From NCBI RefSeq assembly GCF_009914755.1, contig NC_060925.1: DNA of 64,000 bases. The stretch is one strand, 5' to 3'. This DNA is from the human T2T-CHM13v2.0 reference genome, Homo sapiens. A model generated the notes under the pieces. The model was not told the origin of the DNA and did not search any database. It saw nothing but the letters and a program-made list of their open reading frames with translations. Positions 38,501 to 50,883 of the stretch are shown here, piece after piece. Made by a program: the position numbers and the translations under genes. How positions within the stretch are numbered: position 1 is the stretch's first letter; each line of letters begins with the position of its first letter.

Positions 38501-41500
38501 GTGATGTGTGCGTTCAACTCACAGAGTTTAACTTTTCTTTTCATAGAGCAGTTAGGAAACACTCTGTTTGTAAAGTCTGCAAGTGGATATTCAGACCTCT
38601 TTGAGGCCTTCGTTGGAAACGGGATTTCTTCATATTATGCTAGACAGAAGAATTCTCAGTAACTTCCTTGTGTTGTGTGTATTCAACTCACAGAGTTGAA
38701 CGATCCTTTACACAGAGCAGACTTGAAACATTCTTTTTGTGGAATTTGCAAGTGGAGATTTCAGCCGCTTTGAGGTCAATGGTAGAATAGGAAATATCTT
38801 CCTATAGAAACTAGACAGAACGATTCTCAGAAACTCCTTTGTGATGTGTGCGTTCAACTCACAGAGTTTAACCTTTCTTTTCATAGAGCAGTTAGGAAAC
38901 ACTCTGTTTGTAAAGTCTGCAAGTGGATATTCAGACCTCTTTGAGGCCTTCGTTGGAAACGGGATTTCTTCATATTCTGCTAGACAGAAGAATTCTCAGT
39001 AACTTCCTTGTGTTGTGTGTATTCAACTCACAGATTTGAACGATCCTTTACACAGAGCAGACTTGAAACACTCTATTTGTAGAATTTGCAAGTGGAGATT
39101 TCAGCCGCTTTGAGGTCAATAGTAGAAAAGGAAATATCTTCGTAGAAAAACTAGACAGAATGATTCTCAGAAACTCCTTTGTGATGTGTGTGTTCAACTC
39201 ACAGAGTTTAACCTTTCTTTTCATAGAGCAGTTAGTAAACACTCTGTTTATAAAGTCTGCAAGTGGATATTCAGACCCCTTTGAGGCCTTCGTTGGAAAC
39301 GGGATTTCTTCATATTATGCTAGACAGAAGAATTCTCAGTAACTTCCTTGTGTTGTGTGTATTCAACTGACAGAGTTGAACTTTCATTTAGAGAGAGCAG
39401 ATTTGAAACACTGTTTTTGTGGAATTTGCAAGTGGAGATTTCAAGCGCTTTGGGGCCAAAGGCAGAAAAGGAAATATCTTCGTATAAAAACTAGACAGAA
39501 TCATTCTCAGAAACTGCTGCGTGATGTGTGCGTTCAACTCTCAGAGTTTAACTTTTCTTTTCATTCAGCGGTTTGGAAACACTCTGTTTGTAAAATCTGC
39601 ACGTGGAAATTTTGACCACTTAGAGGCCTTCGTTGGAAACGGGTTTTTTTCATGTAAGGCTAGACAGAAGAATTCCCAGTAACTTCCTTGTGTTGTGTGC
39701 ATTCAACTCACAGAGTTGAACGTTCCCTTAGACAGAGCAGATTTGAAACACTCTATTTGTGCAATTTGCAAGTGTAGTTTTCAAGCTCTTTAAGGTCAAC
39801 GGCAGAAAAGGAAATATCTTGGTTTCAAAACTAGACAGAATCATTCCCACAAACTGCGTTGTGATGTGTTCGTTCAACTCACAGAGTTTAACCTTTCTGT
39901 TCATAGAGCAGTTAGGAAACACTCTGTTTGTAAAGTCTGTAAGTGGATATTCTGACATCTTGTGGCCTTCGTTGGAAACGGGATTTCTTCGTATTCTGCT
40001 AGACAGAAGAATTCTCAGTAACTTCCTTGTGTTGTGTGTATTCAACTCACAGAGTTGAACGATCCTTTACACAGAGCAGACTTGAAACATTCTTTTTGTC
40101 GAATTTGCAAGTGGAGATTTCAGCCGCTTTGAGGTCAATGGTAGAATAGGAAATATCTTCCTATAGAAACTAGACAGAACGATTCTCAGAAACTCCTTTG
40201 TGATGTGTGCGTTCAACTCACAGAGTTTAACCTTTCTGTTCATAGAGCAGTTAGGAAACACTCTGTTTGTAAAGTCTGCAAGTGGATATTCAGACCTCTT
40301 TGAGGCCTTCGTTGGAAACGGGATTTCTTCATATTCTGCTAGACAGAAGAATTCTCAGTAACTTCCTTGTGTTGTGTGTATTCAACTCACAGAGTTGAAC
40401 GATCCTTTACACAGAGCAGACTTGAAACACTCTTTTTGTGGAATTTGCAAGTGGAGATTTCAGCCGCTTTGAGGTCAATAGAAGAAAAGGAAATATCTTC
40501 GTAGAAAAACTAGACAGAATGATTCTCAGAAACTCCTTTGTGATGTGTGTGTTCAACTGACAGAGTTTAACCTTTCTTTTCATAGAGCAGTTAGGAAACA
40601 CTCTGTTTGTAAAGTCTGCAAGTGGATATTCAGACCTCGTTGAGGCCTTCGTTGGAAACGGGATTTCTTCATATTCTGCTAGACAGAAGAATTCTCAGTA
40701 ACTTCCTTGTGTTGTGTTTATTCAACTCACAGAGTTGAATGATCCTTTACACAGAGCAGACTTGAAACACTCTTTTTGTGGAATTTGCAAGTGGAGATTT
40801 CAGCCGCTTTGAGGTCAATTGTAGAAAAGGAAATATCTTCGTATAAAGACTAGACAGAATGATTCTCAGAAACTCCTTTGTGATGTGTGCGTTCAACTCA
40901 CAGAGTTTAACCTTTCTGTTCATAGAGCTGTTAGGAAACACTCTGTTTGTAAAGTCTGCAAGTGGATATTCAGACCTCCTTGAGGCCTTCGTTGGAAACG
41001 GGATTTCTTCATATTCTGCTAGACAGAAGAATTCTCAGTAACTTCCTTGTGTTGTGTGTATTCAACTCACAGAGTTGAACGATCCTTTACACAGAGCAGA
41101 CTTGAAACACTCTTTTTGTGGAATTTGCAAGTGGAGATTTCAGCCGCTTTGAGGTCAATGGTAGAAAAGGAAATATCTTCGTATAAAGACTAGACAGAAT
41201 GATTCTCAGAAACTCCTTTGTGATGTGTGCGTTCAACTCACAGAGTTTAACTTTTCTTTTCATAGAGCAGTTAGGAAACACTCTGTTTGTAAAGTCTGCA
41301 AGTGGATATTCAGACCTCTTTGAGGCCTTCGTTGGAAACGGGATTTCTTCATATTATGCTAGACAGAAGAATTCTCAGTAACTTCCTTGTGTTGTGTGTA
41401 TTCAACTCACAGAGTTGAACGATCCTTTACACAGAGCAGACTTGAAACATTCTTTTTGTGGAATTTGCAAGTGGAGATTTCAGCCGCTTTGAGGTCAATG
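35600..41500 (+). repeat. Near-perfect tandem duplication, 2719-bp period
   Basis: Rare variants lie 2719 bp apart: ACAGATTTGAA ~36316/39035, GTAAAATCTG ~36876/39595, CAATAGAAGAA ~37763/40482, CAACTGACAGAGTTTA 37840/40559, CAATTGTAG 38101/40820. The ORF translations of the two copies are identical. Confidence 0.92.
36611..39329 (+). repeat. Representative 16-monomer (2719-bp) higher-order repeat: X-Y-A-B-C-D-A-E
   Basis: The dimer subtype order, read from diagnostic SNVs and the minus-strand ORFs at 37009, 37348, 37688, 38028, 38368, 38708 and 39048, is repeated in the units starting near 4998, 7718, 15197 and 39330. Confidence 0.9.
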
Positions 41501-44500
41501 GTAGAATAGGAAATATCTTCCTTTAGAAACTAGACAGAACGATTCTCAGAAACTCCTTTGTGATGTGTGCGTTCAACTCACAGAGTTTAACCTTTCTTTT
41601 CATAGAGCAGTTAGGAAACACTCTGTTTGTAAAGTCTGCAAGTGGATATTCAGACCTCTTTGAGGCCTTCGTTGGAAACGGGATTTCTTCATATTCTGCT
41701 AGACAGAAGAATTCTCAGTAACTTCTTTGTGTTGTGTGTATTCAACTCACAGAGTTGAACGATCCTTTACACAGAGCAGACTTGAAACACTCTATTTGTA
41801 GAATTTGCAAGTGGAGATTTCAGCCGCTTTGAGGTCAATAGTAGAAAAGGAAATATCTTCGTAGAAAAACTAGACAGAATGATTCTCAGAAACTCCTTTG
41901 TGATGTGTGTGTTCAACTCACAGAGTTTAACCTTTCTTTTCATAGAGCAGTTAGTAAACACTCTGTTTATAAAGTCTGCAAGTGGATATTCAGACCCCTT
42001 TGAGGCCTTCGTTGGAAACGGGATTTCTTCATATTATGCTAGACAGAAGAATTCTCAGTAACTTCCTTGTGTTGTGTGTATTCAACTGACAGAGTTGAAC
42101 TTTCATTTAGAGAGAGCAGATTTGAAACACTGTTTTTGTGGAATTTGCAAGTGGAGATTTCAAGCGCTTTGGGGCCAAAGGCAGAAAAGGATATATCTTC
42201 GTATAAAAACTAGACAGAATCATTCTCAGAAACTGCTGCGTGATGTGTGCGTTCAACTCTCAGAGTTTAACTTTTCTTTTCATTCAGCGGTTTGGAAACA
42301 CTCTGTTTGTAAAGTCTGCACGTGGAAATTTTGACCACTTAGAGGCCTTCGTTGGAAACGGGTTTTTTTCATGTAAGGCTAGACAGAAGAATTCCCAGTA
42401 ACTTCCTTGTGTTGTGTGCATTCAACTCACAGAGTTGAACGTTCCCTTAGACAGAGCAGATTTGAAACACTCTATTTGTGCAATTTGCAAGTGTAGTTTT
42501 CAAGCTCTTTAAGGTCAACGGCAGAAAAGGAAATATCTTGGTTTCAAAACTAGACAGAATCATTCCCACAAACTGCGTTGTGATGTGTTCGTTCAACTCA
42601 CAGAGTTTAACCTTTCTGTTCATAGAGCAGTTAGGAAACACTCTGTTTGTAAAGTCTGTAAGTGGATATTCTGACATCTTGTGGCCTTCGTTGGAAACGG
42701 GATTTCTTCATATTCTGCTAGACAGAAGAATTCTCAGTAACTTCCTTGTGTTGTGTGTATTCAACTCACAGAGTTGAACGATCCTTTACACAGAGCAGAC
42801 TTGAAACATTCTTTTTGTGGAATTTGCAAGTGGAGATTTCAGCCGCTTTGAGGTCAATGGTAGAAAAGGAAATATCTTCGTATAAAGACTAGACAGAATG
42901 ATTCTCAGAAACTCCTTTGTGATGTGTGCGTTCAACTCACAGAGTTTAACTTTTCTTCTCATAGAGCAGTTAGGAAACACTCTGTTTGTAAAGTCTGCAA
43001 GTGGATATTCAGACCTCTTTGAGGTCTTCGTTGGAAACGGGATTTCTTCATATTATGCTAGACAGAAGAATTCTCAGTAACTTCCTTGTGTTGTGTGTAT
43101 TCAACTCACAGAGTTGAAGGATCCTTTACAGAGAGCAGGCTTGAAACACTCTTTTTGTCGAATTTGCAAGTGGAGATTTCAGCCGCTTTGAGGTCAATGG
43201 TAGAATAGGGAATATCTTCTTATAGAAACTAGACAGAATGATTCTCATAAACTCCTTTGTGATGTGTGCGTTCAACTCACAGAGTTTAACCTTTCTTTTC
43301 ATAGAGCAGTTAGGAAACACTCTGTTTGTAAAGTCTGCAAGTGGATATTCAGACCTCCTTGAGGCCTTCGTTGGAAACGGGATTTCTTCATATTATGCTA
43401 GACAGAATAATTCTCAGTAACTTCCTTGTGTTGTGTGTATTCAACTCACAGAGTTGAATGATCCTTTACACAGAGCAGACTTGAAACACTCTATTTGTGG
43501 AATTTGCAAGTGGAGATTTCAGCCGCTTTGAGGTCAATGGTAGAAAAGTAAATATCTTCGTATGAAGACTAGACAGAATGATTCTCAGAAACTCCTTTGT
43601 GATGTGTGCGTTCAACTCACAGAGTTTAACCTTTCTGTTCATAGAGCAGTTAGGAAACACTCTGTTTGTAAAGTCTGCAAGTGGATATTCAGACCTCCTT
43701 GAGGCCTTCGTTGGAAACGGGATTTCTTCATATTCTGCTAGACAGAAGAATTCTCAGTAACTTCCTTGTGTTGTGTGTATTCAACTCACAGAGTTGAACG
43801 ATCCTTTACACAGAGCAGACTTGAAACACTCTTTTTGTGGAATTTGCTTGTGGAGATTTCAGCCGCTTTGAGGTCAATGGTAGAAAAGGAAATATCTTCG
43901 TATAAAGAGTAGACAGAATGATTCTCATAAACTCCTTTGTGATGTGTGCGTTCAACTCACAGAGTTTAACCTTTCTTTTCATAGAGCAGTTAGGAAACAC
44001 TCTGTTTGTAAAGTCTGCAAGTGGATATTCAGACCTCTTTGAGGCCTTCGTTTTAAACGGGATTTCTTCATATTATGCTAGACAGAATAATTCTCAGTAA
44101 CTTCCTTGTGTTGTGTGTATTCAACTCACAGAGTTGAAGGATCCTTTACAGAGAGCAGGCTTGAAACACTCTTTTTGTCGAATTTGCAAGTGGAGATTTC
44201 AGCCGCTTTGAGGTCAATGGTAGAATAGGAAATATCTTCTTATAGAAACTAGACAGAATGATTCTCAGAAACTCCTTTGTGATGTGTGCGTTCAACTCAC
44301 AGAGTTTAACCTTTCTTTTCATAGAGCAGTTAGGAAACACTCTGTTTGTAAAGTCTGCAAGTGGATATTCAGACCTCTTTGAGGCCTTCGTTTTAAACGG
44401 GATTTCTTCATATTATGATAGACAGAATAATTCTCAGTAACTTCCTTGTGTTGTGTGTATTCAACTCACAGAGTTGAACGATCCTTTACACAGAGCAGAC

Positions 44501-47500
44501 TTGAAACACTCTATTTGTAGAATTTGCAAGTGGAGATTTCAGCCGCTTTGAGGTCAATAGTAGAAAAGGAAATATCTTCGTAGAAAAACTAGACAGAATG
44601 ATTCTCAGAAACTCCTTTGTGATGTGTGTGTTCAACTCACAGAGTTTAACCTTTCTTTTCATAGAGCAGTTAGTAAACACTCTGTTTATAAAGTCTGCAA
44701 GTGGATATTCAGACCCCTTTGAGGCCTTCGTTGGAAACGGGATTTCTTCATATTATGCTAGACAGAAGAATTCTCAGTAACTTCCTTGTGTTGTGTGTAT
44801 TCAACTGACAGAGTTGAACTTTCATTTAGAGAGAGCAGATTTGAAACTCTGTTTTTGTGGAATTTGCAAGTGGAGATTTCAAGCGCTTTGGAGCCAAAGG
44901 CAGAAAAGGAAATATCTTCGTATAAAAACTAGACAGAATCATTCTCAGAAACTGCTGCGTGATGTGTGCGTTCAACTCTCAGAGTTTAACTTTTCTTTTC
45001 ATTCAGCGGTTTGGAAACACTCTGTTTGTAAAGTCTGCACGTGGAAATTTTGACCACTTAGAGGCCTTCGTTGGAAACGGGTTTTTTTCATGTAAGGCTA
45101 GACAGAAGAATTCCCAGTAACTTCCTTGTGTTGTGTGCATTCAACTCACAGAGTTGAACGTTCCCTTAGACAGAGCAGATTTGAAACACTCTATTTGTGC
45201 AATTTGCAAGTGTAGTTTTCAAGCTCTTTAAGGTCAACGGCAGAAAAGGAAATATCTTGGTTTCAAAACTAGACAGAATCATTCCCACAAACTGCGTTGT
45301 GATGTGTTCGTTCAACTCACAGAGTTTAACCTTTCTGTTCATAGAGCAGTTAGGAAACACTCTGTTTGTAAAGTCTGTAAGTGGATATTCTGACATCTTG
45401 TGGCCTTCGTTGGAAACGGGATTTCTTCGTATTCTGCTAGACAGAAGAATTCTCAGTAACTTCCTTGTGTTGTGTGTATTCAACTCACAGAGTTGAACGA
45501 TCCTTTACACAGAGCAGACTTGAAACATTCTTTTTGTGGAATTTGCAAGTGGAGATTTCAGCCGCTTTGAGGTCAATGGTAGAATAGGAAATATCTTCCT
45601 ATAGAAACTAGACAGAACGATTCTCAGAAACTCCTTTGTGATGTGTGCGTTCAACTCACAGAGTTTAACCTTTCTGTTCATAGAGCAGTTAGGAAACACT
45701 CTGTTTGTAAAGTCTGCAAGTGGATATTCAGACCTCCTTGAGGCCTTCGTTGGAAACGGGATTTCTTCATATTCTGCTAGACAGAAGAATTCTCAGTAAC
45801 TTCCTTGTGTTGTGTATATTCAACTCACAGATTTGAACGATCCTTTACACAGAGCAGACTTGAAACACTCTATTTGTAGAATTTGCAAGTGGAGATTTCA
45901 GCCGCTTTGAGGTCAATAGTAGAAAAGGAAATATCTTCGTAGAAAAACTAGACAGAATGATTCTCAGAAACTCCTTTGTGATGTGTGTGTTCAACTCACA
46001 GAGTTTAACCTTTCTTTTCATAGAGCAGTTAGTAAACACTCTGTTTATAAAGTCTGCAAGTGGATATTCAGACCCCTTTGAGGCCTTCGTTGGAAACGGG
46101 ATTTCTTCATATTATGCTAGACAGAAGAATTCTCAGTAACTTCCTTGTGTTGTGTGTATTCAACTGACAGAGTTGAACTTTCATTTAGAGAGAGCAGATT
46201 TGAAACACTGTTTTTGTGGAATTTGCAAGTGGAGATTTCAAGCGCTTTGGGGCCAAAGGCAGAAAAGGAAATATCTTCGTATAAAAACTAGACAGAATCA
46301 TTCTCAGAAACTGCTGTGTGATGTGTGCGTTCAACTCTCAGAGTTTAACTTTTCTTTTCATTCAGCGGTTTGGAAACACTCTGTTTGTAAAGTCTGCACG
46401 TGGAAATTTTGACCACTTAGAGGCCTTCGTTGGAAACGGGTTTTTTTCATGTAAGGCTAGACAGAAGAATTCCCAGTAACTTCCTTGTGTTGTGTGCATT
46501 CAACTCACAGAGTTGAACGTTCCCTTAGACACAGCAGATTTGAAACACTCTATTTGTGCAATTTGCAAGTGTAGTTTTCAAGCTCTTTAAGGTCAACGGC
46601 AGAAAAGGAAATATCTTGGTTTCAAAACTAGACAGAATCATTCCCACAAACTGCGTTGTGATGTGTTCGTTCAACTCACAGAGTTTAACCTTTCTGTTCA
46701 TAGAGCAGTTAGGAAACACTCTGTTTGTAAAGTCTGTAAGTGGATATTCTGACATCTTGTGGCCTTCGTTGGAAACGGGATTTCTTCGTATTCTGCTAGA
46801 CAGAAGAATTCTCAGTAACTTCCTTGTGTTGTGTGTATTCAACTCACAGAGTTGAACGATCCTTTACACAGAGCAGACTTGAAACATTCTTTTTGTCGAA
46901 TTTGCAAGTGGAGATTTCAGCCGCTTTGAGGTCAATGGTAGAATAGGAAATATCTTCCTATAGAAACTAGACAGAACGATTCTCAGAAACTCCTTTGTGA
47001 TGTGTGCGTTCAACTCACAGAGTTTAACCTTTCTGTTCATAGAGCAGTTAGGAAACACTCTGTTTGTAAAGTCTGCAAGTGGATATTCAGACCTCTTTGA
47101 GGCCTTCGTTGGAAACGGGATTTCTTCATATTCTGCTAGACAGAAGAATTCTCAGTAACTTCCTTGTGTTGTGTGTATTCAACTCACAGAGTTGAACGAT
47201 CCTTTACACAGAGCAGACTTGAAACACTCTTTTTGTGGAATTTGCAAGTGGAGATTTCAGCCGCTTTGAGGTCAATAGTAGAAAAGGAAATATCTTCGTA
47301 GAAAAACTAGACAGAATGATTCTCAGAAACTCCTTTGTGATGTGTGTGTTCAACTCACAGAGTTTAACCTTTCTTTTCATAGAGCAGTTAGGAAACACTC
47401 TGTTTGTAAAGTCTGCAAGTGGATATTCAGACCTCGTTGAGGCCTTCGTTGGAAACGGGATTTCTTCATATTCTGCTAGACAGAAGAATTCTCAGTAACT

Positions 47501-50500
47501 TCCTTGTGTTGTGTTTATTCAACTCACAGAGTTGAATGATCCTTTACACAGAGCAGACTTGAAACACTCTTTTTGTGGAATTTGCAAGTGGAGATTTCAG
47601 CCGCTTTGAGGTCAATGGTAGAAAAGGAAATATCTTCGTATAAAGACTAGACAGAATGATTCTCAGAAACTCCTTTGTGATGTGTGCGTTCAACTCACAG
47701 AGTTTAACCTTTCTGTTCATAGAGCTGTTAGGAAACACTCTGTTTGTAAAGTCTGCAAGTGGATATTCAGACCTCCTTGAGGCCTTCGTTGGAAACGGGA
47801 TTTCTTCATATTCTGCTAGACAGAAGAATTCTCAGTAACTTCCTTGTGTTGTGTGTATTCAACTCACAGAGTTGAACGATCCTTTACACAGAGCAGACTT
47901 GAAACACTCTATTTGTAGAATTTGCAAGTGGAGATTTCAGCCGCTTTGAGGTCAATAGTAGAAAAGGTAATATCTTCGTAGAAAAACTAGACAGAATGAT
48001 TCTCAGAAACTCCTTTGTGATGTGTGTGTTCAACTCACAGAGTTTAACCTTTCTTTTCATAGAGCAGTTAGTAAACACTCTGTTTATAAAGTCTGCAAGT
48101 GGATATTCAGACCCCTTTGAGGCCTTCGTTGGAAACGGGATTTCTTCATATTATGCTAGACAGAAGAATTCTCAGTAACTTCCTTGTGTTGTGTGTATTC
48201 AACTGACAGAGTTGAACTTTCATTTAGAGAGAGCAGATTTGTAACACTGTTTTTGTGGAATTTGCAAGTGGAGATTTCAAGCGCTTTGGGGCCAAAGGCA
48301 GAAAAGGATATATCTTCGTATAAAAACTAGACAGAATCATTCTCAGAAACTGCTGCGTGATGTGTGCGTTCAACTCTCAGAGTTTAACTTTTCTTTTCAT
48401 TCAGCGGTTTGGAAACACTCTGTTTGTAAAGTCTGCACGTGGAAATTTTGACCACTTAGAGGCCTTCGTTGGAAACGGGTTTTTTTCATGTAAGGCTAGA
48501 CAGAAGAATTCCCAGTAACTTCCTTGTGTTGTGTGCATTCAACTCACAGAGTTGAACGTTCCCTTAGACAGAGCAGATTTGAAACACTCTATTTGTGCAA
48601 TTTGCAAGTGTAGTTTTCAAGCTCTTTAAGGTCAACGGCAGAAAAGGAAATATCTTGGTTTCAAAACTAGACAGAATCATTCCCACAAACTGCGTTGTGA
48701 TGTGTTCGTTCAACTCACAGAGTTTAACCTTTCTGTTCATAGAGCAGTTAGGAAACACTCTGTTTGTAAAGTCTGTAAGTGGATATTCTGACATCTTGTG
48801 GCCTTCGTTGGAAACGGGATTTCTTCATATTCTGCTAGACAGAAGAATTCTCAGTAACTTCCTTGTGTTGTGTGTATTCAACTCACAGAGTTGAACGATC
48901 CTTTACACAGAGCAGACTTGAAACATTCTTTTTGTGGAATTTGCAAGTGGAGATTTCAGCCGCTTTGAGGTCAATGGTAGAATAGGAAATATCTTCCTAT
49001 AGAAACTAGACAGAACGATTCTCAGAAACTCCTTTGTGATGTGTGCGTTCAACTCACAGAGTTTAACCTTTCTTTTCATAGAGCAGTTAGGAAACACTCT
49101 GTTTGTAAAGTCTGCAAGTGGATATTCAGACCTCTTTGAGGCCTTCGTTGGAAACGGGATTTCTTCATATTCTGCTAGACAGAAGAATTCTCAGTAACTT
49201 CCTTGTGTTGTGTGTATTCAACTCACAGAGTTGAACGATCCTTTACACAGAGCAGACTTGAAACACTCTATTTGTAGAATTTGCAAGTGGAAATTTCAGC
49301 CGCTTTGAGGTCAATAGTAGAAAAGGAAATATCTTCGTAGAAAAACTAGACAGAATGATTCTCAGAAACTCCTTTGTGATGTGTGTGTTCAACTCACAGA
49401 GTTTAACCTTTCTTTTCATAGAGCAGTTAGTAAACACTCTGTTTATAAAGTCTGCAAGTGGATATTCAGATCCCTTTGAGGCCTTCGTTGGAAACGGGAT
49501 TTCTTCATATTATGCTAGACAGAAGAATTCTCAGTAACTTCCTTGTGTTGTGTGTATTCAACTGACAGAGTTGAACTTTCATTTAGAGAGAGCAGATTTG
49601 AAACACTGTTTTTGTGGAATTTGCAAGTGGAGATTTCAAGCGCTTTGGGGCCAAAGGCAGAAAAGGAAATATCTTCGTATAAAAACTAGACAGAATCATT
49701 CTCAGAAACTGCTGCGTGATGTGTGCGTTCAACTCTCAGAGTTTAACTTTTCTTTTCATTCAGCGGTTTGGAAACACTCTGTTTGTAAAGTCTGCACGTG
49801 GAAATTTTGACCACTTAGAGGCCTTCGTTGGAAACGGGTTTTTTTCATGTAAGGCTAGACAGAAGAATTCCCAGTAACTTCCTTGTGTTGTGTGCATTCA
49901 ACTCACAGAGTTGAACGTTCCCTTAGACAGAGCAGATTTGAAACACTCTATTTGTGCAATTTGCAAGTGTAGTTTTCAAGCTCTTTAAGGTCAACGGCAG
50001 AAAAGGAAATATCTTGGTTTCAAAACTAGACAGAATCATTCCCACAAACTGCGTTGTGATGTGTTCGTTCAACTCACAGAGTTTAACCTTTCTGTTCATA
50101 GAGCAGTTAGGAAACACTCTGTTTGTAAAGTCTGTAAGTGGATATTCTGACATCTTGTGGCCTTCGTTGGAAACGGGATTTCTTCATATTCTGCTAGACA
50201 GAAGAATTCTCAGTAACTTCCTTGTGTTGTGTGTATTCAACTCACAGAGTTGAACGATCCTTTACACAGAGCAGACTTGAAACATTCTTTTTGTGGAATT
50301 TGCAAGTGGAGATTTCAGCCGCTTTGAGGTCAATGGTAGAATAGGAAATATCTTCCTATAGAAACTAGACAGAACGATTCTCAGAAACTCCTTTGTGATG
50401 TGTGCGTTCAACTCACAGAGTTTAACCTTTCTTTTCATAGAGCAGTTAGGAAACACTCTGTTTGTAAAGTCTGCAAGTGGATATTCAGACCTCTTTGAGA

Positions 50501-50883
50501 CCTTCGTTGGAAACGGGATTTCTTCATATTCTGCTAGACAGAAGAATTCTCAGTAACGTCCTTGTGTTGTGTGTATTCAACTCACAGAGTTGAACGATCC
50601 TTTACACAGAGCAGACTTGAAACACTCTTTTTGTGGAATTTGCAAGTGGAGATTTCAGCCGCTTTGAGGTCAATAGTAGAAAAGGAAATATCTTCGTAGA
50701 AAAACTAGACAGAATGATTCTCAGAAACTCCTTTGTGATGTGTGTGTTCAATTCACAGAGTTTAACCTTTCTTTTCATAGAGCAGTTAGTAAACACTCTG
50801 TTTATAAAGTCTGCAAGTGGATATTCAGACCCCTTTGAAGCCTTCGTTGGAAACGGGATTTCTTCATATTCTGCTAGACAGAA

